DNA from: Candidatus Iainarchaeum sp.
GTDB taxonomy: Archaea > Iainarchaeota > Iainarchaeia > Iainarchaeales > JAFCCW01
Direction: 5' to 3'
DNA: 64,000 nt
Assembly (NCBI GenBank): GCA_017609985.1
Contig: JAFCCW010000001.1
Span: 16,397 to 80,396, forward strand
The notes under the pieces are model-generated. The model saw nothing but the letters and a program-made list of their open reading frames with translations, was not told where the DNA came from and ran no database searches. Each line of letters starts with the position of its first letter. Positions within the stretch are counted from its first letter, which is position 1. Made by a program: the position numbers and the translations under genes. Shown here piece by piece: positions 8,914 to 17,527 of this stretch.

Positions 8914-10827
8914 ATGGCAGACCTAAAACTTGAGTTTCCAGATGGAAGCAAGAAAGACTACAAAAAAGGAATAACTGGATTGGAAATTGCAAAAGAAATT
9001 GGTGAAAGACTCGCAAAAGACGCAATAGCTATAGAAATAGATGGAAGCCTGCTTGATTTGACACGCCCAATAGAAACAAGCGGAAAATTCAGAATAATTA
9101 CTTTTAAAGACGCAGAAGGAAAACAGGTTTTATGGCACTCTGCAAGCCATGTCATGGCCGAAGCAGTGCAGAAACTCTGGCCGGATGTCAAGCTGGCAAT
9201 AGGGCCGTCAATAGAAGAAGGATTCTACTATGACTTTGACAAAGAAACTCCGTTTACCCCAAGCGACCTTATAAAGATTGAAAAGGAAATGAAAAACATA
9301 GTCAATGAAAATACAAAATTTGAAAGAACAGAAATCGGAAAGAAAGAAGCATTGGCTCATTTCAGAGAAATAAACGAAGAATACAAAGTTGAAATGATTG
9401 AAGAAATTGAAGACGAAAAAATCTCGTTTTACACAAATGGAAAATTCACAGACTTCTGCAGAGGACCGCATGTTCCAAGCACAGGATATGTAAAAGCATT
9501 CAAGCTATTGAAAGTCTCAGGAGCCTATTGGAGAGGAAGCGAAAAAAACAAGATGCTTCAAAGAATTTATGGAATTGCATTCAATGACAAAAAGCTTCTG
9601 AAAGAATGGTTGGGAAAGAGAGAAGAAGCAGAAAAAAGAAACCACATAAAGCTTGGAAAAGAACTTGACTTGTTCAGCATGCAGGACGCTGCTCCAGGAT
9701 GTGCTTTCTTTCACCCGAAAGGAATGGTGTTATGGAATGAACTCATGAAATTTTGGAAAGAAGAACATTTCAAAGACGGATACGTGGAAATAAAAACTCC
9801 AGAGATACTGAGACGAAACTTGTGGGAACAATCAGGTCACTGGGATCACTACAAGGAAAATATGTATTTTACAAAAATAGATGACGAAGACTTTGCAATA
9901 AAACCAATGAACTGCCCGGGAGGAATTCTTGTTTACAAAACCGAAAGACACTCGTACAGAGATCTTCCAATAAAAATGGGAGAAGTAGGAACAGTGCATA
10001 GACACGAGCTAAGCGGAGTGCTAAACGGGCTGTTCAGAGTAAGAAAATTTACACAGGACGATGCACACATATACTGCACAAGAGAACAGGTCAGAGAAGA
10101 AGTCTTAGGAGTAATAGACCTTATTGACAGAGTCTACAAAGTATTTGGATTTGAATACCACATGGAATTGAGCACACGCCCTGACAAAAGCATTGGAAGC
10201 GATGAAGTATGGGCTACAGCAGAAAAGTCACTTAAAGAAGCTCTTGAGTCCACTGGAAAAGAATTCAAAATCAATGAAGGAGACGGTGCATTCTATGGGC
10301 CAAAAATTGACTTTCACATAAAAGATTCATTGGGAAGGACTTGGCAGTGCGGAACAGTACAGCTTGATTTTGCAATGCCGGAAAAGTTTGACCTATACTA
10401 TATTGACGAAAATGACAACAAAAAACAGCCAGTAATGCTGCACAGGGTTGTGTTTGGGTCAGTGGAAAGATTTATTGGAAACATAATAGAACATTACGGA
10501 GGCGACTTTCCAACCTGGCTTGCTCCAGTGCAAGTAAAGGTTATTGCAGTAAGTGATGAGTTCGGAGACTATGCAAAAAAAGTACACAATGAATTGAGAA
10601 ACAAGTTAATTAGAAGCGAACTGGATTTGCGCAAGGAAACTGTTTCAAAAAAAGTCAGGGACGCAGAGCTTCAAAAAGTTCCGTATATTATAAACATCGG
10701 CGGCAAAGAAAAAGAAGCAGGAACAGTGGCTGTGAGAGGAAGAGATGGAAAGGTAAAGTTTGGAGTAAAGCTTGAAGACTTTATCAAAAGCATTGAGAAA
10801 GAAGTTTCTGAAAGAAAAAACATTTAG
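8914..10827 (+). CDS. thrS: threonyl-tRNA synthetase
   Basis: N-terminal TGS-like domain (LEFPDGSKKDYKKGITGLEIA), a second additional domain (HSASHVMAEAV), class II core motifs (FRVRKFTQDDAHIY, GAFYGPKIDF) and an anticodon-binding C-terminus. Confidence 0.95.
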   Translation: MADLKLEFPDGSKKDYKKGITGLEIAKEIGERLAKDAIAIEIDGSLLDLTRPIETSGKFRIITFKDAEGKQVLWHSASHVMAEAVQKLWPDVKLAIGPSIEEGFYYDFDKETPFTPSDLIKIEKEMKNIVNENTKFERTEIGKKEALAHFREINEEYKVEMIEEIEDEKISFYTNGKFTDFCRGPHVPSTGYVKAFKLLKVSGAYWRGSEKNKMLQRIYGIAFNDKKLLKEWLGKREEAEKRNHIKLGKELDLFSMQDAAPGCAFFHPKGMVLWNELMKFWKEEHFKDGYVEIKTPEILRRNLWEQSGHWDHYKENMYFTKIDDEDFAIKPMNCPGGILVYKTERHSYRDLPIKMGEVGTVHRHELSGVLNGLFRVRKFTQDDAHIYCTREQVREEVLGVIDLIDRVYKVFGFEYHMELSTRPDKSIGSDEVWATAEKSLKEALESTGKEFKINEGDGAFYGPKIDFHIKDSLGRTWQCGTVQLDFAMPEKFDLYYIDENDNKKQPVMLHRVVFGSVERFIGNIIEHYGGDFPTWLAPVQVKVIAVSDEFGDYAKKVHNELRNKLIRSELDLRKETVSKKVRDAELQKVPYIINIGGKEKEAGTVAVRGRDGKVKFGVKLEDFIKSIEKEVSERKNI

Positions 10828-10840
10828 GAATTAAAAATCC

Positions 10841-12016
10841 TCAAAGACAGTCAGAGTAAATCTTGTTTACCTTGCTTTTGTCAAGCTCAACAGGATTTCG
10901 AGAGAGAGTGCGCTGGCTTGCATTGAAAGTGTCTTTGCAAAACTTCTCAATGTCTTTATTTGAATAACCAAGTTCAGACAATGGTTTGAACAAGCCAATC
11001 TTTTTTGAGAGTTCAATTACTGCCTGAACTGAAGAAACAGGATTTGCGTCTTTTCCAAAAGCAGTTGAAATTTCTGAATAATGCTTTTTTGTTTTTTCAT
11101 CGCCAAACTCTATGTTAAGAGTCATTATTGTTGGAGAGAGCGAAGCAAGAGCCTGACCGTGAGCTATCTCAGTATTGTTTCCAGAAATTGCATGAGACAA
11201 AGCATGAACTGCAATTGTTCCGCTGAGAGTAATTGCAATTCCAGCAAAAGTGTCTGCTAAAGCCATTCCTTGCCTTGCTTCAAGATTGTCTCCGTTTTCA
11301 AATGCATTGACAAGATGCCTTGAAACAAGCTCTATTGCCGTAAGAGAAAAAGGAGCAGTAAAAGGACTAGTATTAGTGCTTACATGAGCCTCCATTGCAT
11401 GAGCAAGAACATCAAAACCAGTTTCAGCAGTAACCTTGGCAGGCATGCTCTTCACAAGTTCAAGATCGTAAATGCTTTCAACAGGATAAATAAATTCACT
11501 TCTCATTCCTGTTTTTTCCCCAGTCTCAGGATTGGTAACAACAGCATAAGGAGTAACATGCGAGCCAGTTCCAGAAGTAGAAGTAATCGCAATCAATGGA
11601 AGCGTAGCAGAAGTAATTGGTTTTGGTTCGCGATCGGAAGTACCAATAAAATTCCAGATTGTGTCATCTTCCTCAAAATGAGTAATGCCAACAGCTATTG
11701 CCTTTGCAGCATCCATTGCACTTCCCCCTCCAAGAGCAACAACAACATCACAGTCTGAATTTTTTCCAATAAAAATTCCCTTATCAATTGTTGGAACAGA
11801 CGGGTTTGGTTCAACTCCCTCAAACACAGTTACTTCAAGTCCAGATTGCTCTAAGAATTTCTTTGTAGAGTCAAGAAAGCCAAGCTTTTTCATAGCACCT
11901 TCTCCAGCAACAAGAAGTGCTTTCGAACCATGCAAAGAAGTTTTTTTTCCAACCTTGCCCAATACTCCTTTTCCAAAAGAAAGAAATGTGCGGGGGAGAA
12001 ATGCAGAAAAATTCAA
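10841..12016 (-). CDS. iron-containing (group III) alcohol dehydrogenase
   Basis: GGGSAMDAAKAIA glycine-rich motif and the His-rich metal site region (VLAHAMEAHVS, AVHALSHAISG). Length 391 aa. Confidence 0.9.
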   Translation of the reverse strand: MNFSAFLPRTFLSFGKGVLGKVGKKTSLHGSKALLVAGEGAMKKLGFLDSTKKFLEQSGLEVTVFEGVEPNPSVPTIDKGIFIGKNSDCDVVVALGGGSAMDAAKAIAVGITHFEEDDTIWNFIGTSDREPKPITSATLPLIAITSTSGTGSHVTPYAVVTNPETGEKTGMRSEFIYPVESIYDLELVKSMPAKVTAETGFDVLAHAMEAHVSTNTSPFTAPFSLTAIELVSRHLVNAFENGDNLEARQGMALADTFAGIAITLSGTIAVHALSHAISGNNTEIAHGQALASLSPTIMTLNIEFGDEKTKKHYSEISTAFGKDANPVSSVQAVIELSKKIGLFKPLSELGYSNKDIEKFCKDTFNASQRTLSRNPVELDKSKVNKIYSDCL

Positions 12017-12441
12017 ACAATCCCCTCTTTTTCAGAAATGAATTTTTTAGCTAATGCAATAATGTTCATGTCATTGTCAAACGTAAGCCGAGAAAAAGAT
12101 TCCTTGAATGAAAGCCATTCAAAACCCTGGTGCTCGTGAGAAATTGAAACACGGGATTCCCCAGTCTTTGCCACAAGATAGTGAACTGTCTTGTTAACAG
12201 GTTTTCCCTTGCTTGAAAAAAAGTACTGTATTTTTTCCTGAAAACCAGGAATAAAAACAAATTTCGTGATTCCTGTTTCCTCAATTATTTCACGGCGAGC
12301 TGTTTCCTCTTTTGTTTCCTCAGATTCACGATGGCCTTTTGGAAAACTCCAGTGACCGCCAGGATAATGAAGAAGAAGAAAAAGAATAGACTGCTCTTCA
12401 ATTCTGTAAAGCACTGCCCCAACACTCTTTTCTTTTGTCAT
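12013..12441 (-). CDS. NUDIX hydrolase
   Basis: Nudix box GHRESEETKEETARREIIEETGI. The stop overlaps the ADH start by 4 nt, consistent with an operon. Confidence 0.9.
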   Translation of the reverse strand: MTKEKSVGAVLYRIEEQSILFLLLHYPGGHWSFPKGHRESEETKEETARREIIEETGITKFVFIPGFQEKIQYFFSSKGKPVNKTVHYLVAKTGESRVSISHEHQGFEWLSFKESFSRLTFDNDMNIIALAKKFISEKEGIV

Positions 12442-12494
12442 ACAATTAATAAGTTACGAAATTTTTAAATAGAAGAAGCCTTTATATAATAATT

Positions 12495-12833
12495 GTGGCT
12501 AGAAGAAGACCGTGGAAAAAACCCGAAAAGGAAGCAAAAAAAGAAACAAAAAGAGATCCACGAACAAAAAGACCAGACTTAGATAGAGCAGACGAAGATT
12601 TGCTAAGAGGAAACTCTGAAAGAATAAAAAAAACTCTTCGCAGGCAAACTCGTAAAAAACTTAAACAGATACTGGAACAAATTCCGAGAGACCTCGCTTC
12701 CGCACAAATTGGACTTAGACTACTAGATAGGGAAAAAAGCCCTGGCAAAAAAGAAGATTACAAAAGAGATATTCGCTATTTAATCGCCTTGCAAAAAGCA
12801 GTCACGGAAGTTTTAGCAGAAAGAGAAAAATAA
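12495..12833 (+). CDS. small highly basic helical protein, unknown function (GTG start)
   Basis: 112-aa Lys/Arg/Glu-rich ORF on the purine-rich strand. The competing antisense ORF 12482..12748 has Ser/Phe/Leu-rich junk composition. The start is uncertain because there is no in-frame ATG. Confidence 0.4.
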   Translation: MARRRPWKKPEKEAKKETKRDPRTKRPDLDRADEDLLRGNSERIKKTLRRQTRKKLKQILEQIPRDLASAQIGLRLLDREKSPGKKEDYKRDIRYLIALQKAVTEVLAEREK

Positions 12834-12852
12834 GCTTGGAAAAAAGTAAAAC

Positions 12853-13461
12853 TTATTCAATAAACTGTTCATAATTTTGAGAATTGAATCTATAAAGAAA
12901 TTTTCTAATTTTTGAATTATCAAATTCATACTTGAGAAGAACTTCTTCTTTTCTTCCACAAAACTCGCTAAAATCGTGTTTTTGAGAAGGGTCAAGGATG
13001 TAAAAATTGCCTTCAATTTCAGAAATAACAAAAGCATGCATTTTCAAAGAATCAAGTTCCGCAATAACAACTTCTGCTTTTCCATCACCAAGACCTGCGA
13101 GAATAGAGCAAAGAAAAAGCGCAAGGTCTTCATCATCCCCTACTTTTTCAGTCATTATTTCTTTTGGAGAAATCCAATAATTAAGAGAAACATCAAGCTC
13201 TGCAAAATCAATTTCGTCTCTGACAAATTCAAAAGCAATTTTTGCGGTAGAAAGATAATCTTTTTCAAAAGAATAGTTTTCAGGGGAAAGGTCAGCTACA
13301 AGAGACTGAACTGTGAGATCTTCGCCGTTAACAAGCGCTTTTATCTCCCCAATAGTGCGCTTTTCCTTCTCGTTAATCAAGTCTGAATATTTCTGAATAA
13401 GAAGCCTGTAAAGCTTTAGTTTCAGTTCCGTATCGGAAGCAGCCTTTTTTGGCTCATTCAT
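12853..13461 (-). CDS. cytoplasmic transglutaminase-like (Cys-His-Asp) fold protein
   Basis: LALFLCSILAGLG ... MHAFVISEIEGNFYILDPS matches the C...H...D spacing of transglutaminase-like cysteine peptidase cores. Started at Met33 (MNEPKK, ATG 13461) because the upstream 32 codons are Cys/Phe-rich and atypical. Confidence 0.5.
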   Translation of the reverse strand: MNEPKKAASDTELKLKLYRLLIQKYSDLINEKEKRTIGEIKALVNGEDLTVQSLVADLSPENYSFEKDYLSTAKIAFEFVRDEIDFAELDVSLNYWISPKEIMTEKVGDDEDLALFLCSILAGLGDGKAEVVIAELDSLKMHAFVISEIEGNFYILDPSQKHDFSEFCGRKEEVLLKYEFDNSKIRKFLYRFNSQNYEQFIE

Positions 13462-13611
13462 TAAAAAAAGAACTGCGGAAAATCCTTTAAACCCGTGTTT
13501 TTGGCAATTCAAGGAAAAAAGCTGAAAAAAACAGCAATATTTAAACAGGTTTTCCAAATAAAAATATTGATTGCATAATTAATTGAGTAAAAAATTTACA
13601 TTGCAAAAAAA

Positions 13612-14745
13612 GTGTTTGAAATGAATCCAAAAACAGGCTCGTTAATCTTTCTTCTTTTACTGCTCATTGCAGCTTTCCCCCTGGTTGCGGGGCAGGAAAT
13701 AGGAAACTCTGAAAAAACAGTGATTAACTTTTTTTGGGCAGAAGGTTGCCCACACTGTGCAGCAGAAAAAGCATTCTTAACCAAACTTGAAGAAAAATAT
13801 GAAAACATTGACGTGAGAAGATACAATCTGTCAAAGAACGTGGAACTATATTTAGAGCTGGCAAAAAAACATGAAATTGAAATGATTGGCTCAGTTCCAG
13901 CAACATTCATTGGAGAAGAAAAATACACAATTGGCTTTCGGCCTGAAAAAATTGAAGAACAAATAAGAGCAGAGCTTGGAATCGAATCAGAAAACGAGTT
14001 CGGAGTAAACGTGCCCTGGCTTGGAAAAATTGATATGAGAACAGCTTCAATACCGCTGATAACTGTTGTGTTTGGGCTAGTTGATGGATTCAACCCATGC
14101 GCAATGGTTGTGCTAATGTTTCTGCTGTCAATTCTTGTAAGAGAAAGATCAAGAAAAAGAATAATCACGATTGCGGGAATTTTTGTGCTAATAAGCGGAC
14201 TGTTTTATTTCATGTTCATGGCTCTCTGGATTAACGTGCTAGAAATAATAAAATATGATTTCATGATAAGAGCAATAGCAGGAGCAATCGCAATAATTGT
14301 TGGATTGTTCAACATCAAAGATTTTTTTGCGCTCGGAAAAGGATTCTCTTTCTCAATATCTGAAGAAAAAAAAGGAAACATTCTGAGAAAAATTCATGGA
14401 ATCGTAAAAAAAGAAGCATTTCTTGCAATGATTGCGGGAGTAATAGTGCTTGCGATAACAGTGAACATGATAGAGCTAGTGTGCACATTCACTCTGCCGG
14501 TTATTTATGTAAGCATTCTAAAGATACAGGGAATTCCCCTGCTGGAGCAATATTTCTATCTGATTTTGTATGTCCTGTTTTACATGCTTGACGACATAGT
14601 AATGATTTCAATCGCAGTTGTTACACTGAGCAGCGACAGGGTGACAGAGGGAACTGGAAAAAAGTTAAAGCTCGTGTCAGGATTAATTCTGCTGGCACTC
14701 GGACTGGCACTTATTTTTGCACCAGGACTTTTGATACTGGGATAA
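13612..14745 (+). CDS. thioredoxin-fold (CPHC) domain fused to a CcdA/DsbD-type thiol-disulfide transfer membrane domain
   Basis: Signal or anchor segment, then FFWAEGCPHCAAEK (CxxC), then a membrane region with GLVDGFNPCAMVVLMFLL (the DsbD/CcdA NPC motif) and a later Cys in ELVCTFTLPV. Confidence 0.75.
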   Translation: MFEMNPKTGSLIFLLLLLIAAFPLVAGQEIGNSEKTVINFFWAEGCPHCAAEKAFLTKLEEKYENIDVRRYNLSKNVELYLELAKKHEIEMIGSVPATFIGEEKYTIGFRPEKIEEQIRAELGIESENEFGVNVPWLGKIDMRTASIPLITVVFGLVDGFNPCAMVVLMFLLSILVRERSRKRIITIAGIFVLISGLFYFMFMALWINVLEIIKYDFMIRAIAGAIAIIVGLFNIKDFFALGKGFSFSISEEKKGNILRKIHGIVKKEAFLAMIAGVIVLAITVNMIELVCTFTLPVIYVSILKIQGIPLLEQYFYLILYVLFYMLDDIVMISIAVVTLSSDRVTEGTGKKLKLVSGLILLALGLALIFAPGLLILG

Positions 14746-14776
14746 AACAATTAAAGGCAAAAGACATATTTTATTC

Positions 14777-16204
14777 ATGGAACCTATTTGCAAAATAAGC
14801 AATAAAACAGAAAATAAAAAAAATGAAATGCTGTTCTGGCCCTTGCTTGTTTTAGGTTCAATTATTATTCGAAGCATGATTGAAGGAGTTCTAGAAATAC
14901 AACACGAAATGGAAACCATTTTCAATATTTTTGTGCATTATCCATTGTGGAATTTTTGTCTCTTTATTGTACTTGCAATAATGATTGTGATAGTGTCCGG
15001 AGAAAAAGCAGAAAAAGTAACAAAATTTCTTGCAAAAGTCTGGCCCGCGGTAATTCTTGTCCCCATAATTGATTTTATTGTGTCAGGAGGAACTGGATTT
15101 TCAATAAACTACATCATCACTGAACTGAATCAATTGCCTGCTTTGTTTTTAGAAGGTGGAGGAAAATTTGTGACACCGGGACAAAACACAATAGTGTTTG
15201 GAGCAGTTGGCCTGTTCAGCATTTATGTTTTAAGAAAAACAAAAAACATTTCAAAAGCAATCGCAACAGGATTTGCAACTTACTCACTAGTGTTTATTTA
15301 TGCGGCAGCACCAAGTTTTATGCTCGCGCTGACCGGAACAGGAATTAGCTTAATTGGAACAGAGGGTGTTCTTGCAAGAAAACTGATTATTGTTGGATAT
15401 GGATTCCTGCTAGTGGGAGAAACTATATTGCTTGGGCTAGTCTGGAACAAGAAAAAAATTATTGAACTAATAAAAAATTCAAAACCAGAGCGAGCACTCC
15501 TTTACTCTTCACTGGCTTTGCTTGGAGCGATGATTGCGGGAGTCAGCCACGGATTTGAACTTGGCGCAGTAATGAGTGTGGCAGCAATAGCATTTGAGTC
15601 AGGATTGCTGTTAAACAATGCATTTGACAAAAACCACAAAACCTGTCTTGAAAAAAGAGAATTAAAGAATTTTTCAGTTTTTCTGGCAGCAATTGCTCTG
15701 GCAATAGCTCTGACAATCAGCACAGAAGTTGGTTTGTTGACCTTAGTGGCATTGATTAGCTCAACAGTTTATTCTTTGCCAAAGGGAATAAAACAAAAAA
15801 CAGGTTTTGCAAATAATTTCTTTCTTGCGGGAATTGCACTGCTCGAAGTTGGCACAGGATATTATTCACAGTTTCCAAAAACAGGTTTTCCAATAGAATA
15901 TTGTTTGCTTTTGATTATGGGGTTGGGACTTGCATTCAATGCAAAAGACCTAAAGGACTCAGAAGAAGACAAAAAAGAAGGAATCAGAACACTGCCTGTT
16001 TTACTGGGCTGGAAAAAATCAAAGATTTTTATTTCGGGACTGCTTGCCCTGGCTTATCTGCTGGTGCCAGTGTTCACAGGATTATTTTTTATGCAAGCAA
16101 TTGTGTTTGGAATTGCAAGCAGCATCATCTTTTACAAAACCGGAAACGAAAAAATATCCATTGTCTTATTTTTTGGTTTTTTGCTTTCCATTGCAATTGT
16201 GTGA
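14777..16204 (+). CDS. polytopic membrane protein with a C-terminal UbiA-type prenyltransferase signature
   Basis: NAKDLKDSEEDKKEGIRTLPVLLG fits the second Asp-rich UbiA motif. The candidate first motif reads LNNAFDKNHK, i.e. NDxxDxxxD degraded to NNxxDxxxK. About 230 N-terminal residues are additional TM helices. Confidence 0.5.
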   Translation: MEPICKISNKTENKKNEMLFWPLLVLGSIIIRSMIEGVLEIQHEMETIFNIFVHYPLWNFCLFIVLAIMIVIVSGEKAEKVTKFLAKVWPAVILVPIIDFIVSGGTGFSINYIITELNQLPALFLEGGGKFVTPGQNTIVFGAVGLFSIYVLRKTKNISKAIATGFATYSLVFIYAAAPSFMLALTGTGISLIGTEGVLARKLIIVGYGFLLVGETILLGLVWNKKKIIELIKNSKPERALLYSSLALLGAMIAGVSHGFELGAVMSVAAIAFESGLLLNNAFDKNHKTCLEKRELKNFSVFLAAIALAIALTISTEVGLLTLVALISSTVYSLPKGIKQKTGFANNFFLAGIALLEVGTGYYSQFPKTGFPIEYCLLLIMGLGLAFNAKDLKDSEEDKKEGIRTLPVLLGWKKSKIFISGLLALAYLLVPVFTGLFFMQAIVFGIASSIIFYKTGNEKISIVLFFGFLLSIAIV

Positions 16205-16290
16205 AGCTTGAATCAGTAAAAATCACAAAAAATGAAACAAAAAACTAGAAATAATAACACATATATACAAGAAAGAAAATAGTATAAGTT

Positions 16291-16686
16291 ATGCAAGAAA
16301 AAAGAGGCCAAACATCGCTAGAATATCTAAGCACAGTGGGAATTATACTAATTGTGATAGCAGGACTTGTGAGCTATGCCTTTGTAATATACCCGGAATA
16401 TGTTCAGATAAGCACTATGAACAAAAGCCTTAGAACTTTGAAGAGTGCGGTAAACTCTGTTTACTCGCTCGGGCCAGGAAACTCGGAAACAATTGAAATT
16501 GAAATAACTTCCGGAATTCAGGGTTCAAGAGTATTCAATAATCTTCTGGAATTTACATACGATGACGGAGCAGTTACACAAATTCTCGTGACTCCAAATT
16601 TGCACGGCACACTCCCAATTACCCGGGGCAGACATAATATTCTTGTAAAAGCAGTTGATGAAAATGTTTTGATTCAGGAGATTTAA
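16291..16686 (+). CDS. class III signal peptide (archaeal type IV pilin-like) protein 1
   Basis: N-terminus MQEKRG^QTSLEYLSTVGIILIVIAGLV: basic n-region, Gly at -1, Gln at +1, Glu at +5, then a hydrophobic helix. Confidence 0.85.
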   Translation: MQEKRGQTSLEYLSTVGIILIVIAGLVSYAFVIYPEYVQISTMNKSLRTLKSAVNSVYSLGPGNSETIEIEITSGIQGSRVFNNLLEFTYDDGAVTQILVTPNLHGTLPITRGRHNILVKAVDENVLIQEI

Positions 16687-17052
16687 ATGAAACAAAAAAA
16701 AGGCCAGGTTGCCCTTGAAACAATAGCAGGAATTGGAATAATCCTTTTCATGTTCCTAATAGTTTCTGTTGACAGCCTGAACAAGTCAATAACTCAAGAA
16801 ACTGTTGAAAATTTAGTGAAAGACGGAGCAAGATGCAGAACTATTGCTGAAAACATTACATCAGCCTATGTTCAAGGAAAATATTCAAAAATAGAAATTT
16901 CAACAGAATTTGATGTGAATATTTTGGGGAACGAAGTCAGTGTCGGAAACACAACCTGTCCAGTTCTTGGAAGAGTACAGGACGCAGTACTTGAAAAAGG
17001 AATAATTGTCTTGAAAAACAGTGACGGAATAGTGGTGCTGGAGAATGAATAA
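16687..17052 (+). CDS. class III signal peptide (pilin-like) protein 2
   Basis: MKQKKG^QVALETIAGIGIILFMFLIV. The start codon directly abuts the stop of the previous gene. Confidence 0.85.
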   Translation: MKQKKGQVALETIAGIGIILFMFLIVSVDSLNKSITQETVENLVKDGARCRTIAENITSAYVQGKYSKIEISTEFDVNILGNEVSVGNTTCPVLGRVQDAVLEKGIIVLKNSDGIVVLENE

Positions 17053-17527
17053 AAAAGGCCAAATCGCAACATATGACCTCTTGTTTGCAATAATCATATT
17101 TATGGGAATTTTTGTTTTAATGAACAGCATATGGGTGGAAAATTATTCCAATGCCATAAAAAAAGAAGAAACAAAAAGAATGCAATTCAGTGCAAAACAG
17201 GCAATGAAAATATTTGTTGACTCTTCAGGATATCCCGCAGACTGGACTTCAGGAAACGTAGAAATACCAGGGCTGTTAAGAGAGTATGGAGCAAAAAAAA
17301 TAAGCAATGAAAAAATAACAGAGCTTGCGGGAATGGACTATGATGCAATAAGGAGCTTGCTCAAAATAGAAGAATATGATTTTTTTCTGTCAATAGATGC
17401 TCTTGGCGAAAGCCATGACCAAAACATTGGAACTGTTGTTCCAGCAAACTCAAAAGCAGTACAGCTTGAGCGGGTTAGATACTATCAAGGAGGGGCTGCT
17501 TCAATTGCACTCACACTTTTTAAATAG
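17045..17527 (+). CDS. class III signal peptide (pilin-like) protein 3
   Basis: MNKKG^QIATYDLLFAIIIFMGIFVLM. There is an 8-nt overlap with the previous gene. Confidence 0.85.
   Translation: MNKKGQIATYDLLFAIIIFMGIFVLMNSIWVENYSNAIKKEETKRMQFSAKQAMKIFVDSSGYPADWTSGNVEIPGLLREYGAKKISNEKITELAGMDYDAIRSLLKIEEYDFFLSIDALGESHDQNIGTVVPANSKAVQLERVRYYQGGAASIALTLFK

Noticed and set aside
8672-9025. 117-aa minus-strand ORF across the nreA-thrS intergenic region
   Set aside because: It overlaps the thrS 5' end in antisense, has junk composition and has no plausible start context.
17397-17504. ATG 17397 as the start of the vWA pilin-like gene (the longest ORF)
   Set aside because: It would overlap the upstream pilin gene by 131 nt in another frame and place the class III signal about 45 residues from the N-terminus. 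TTG 17505 with an upstream AAGGAGGGG fits better. It is kept as an alternative in the finding.
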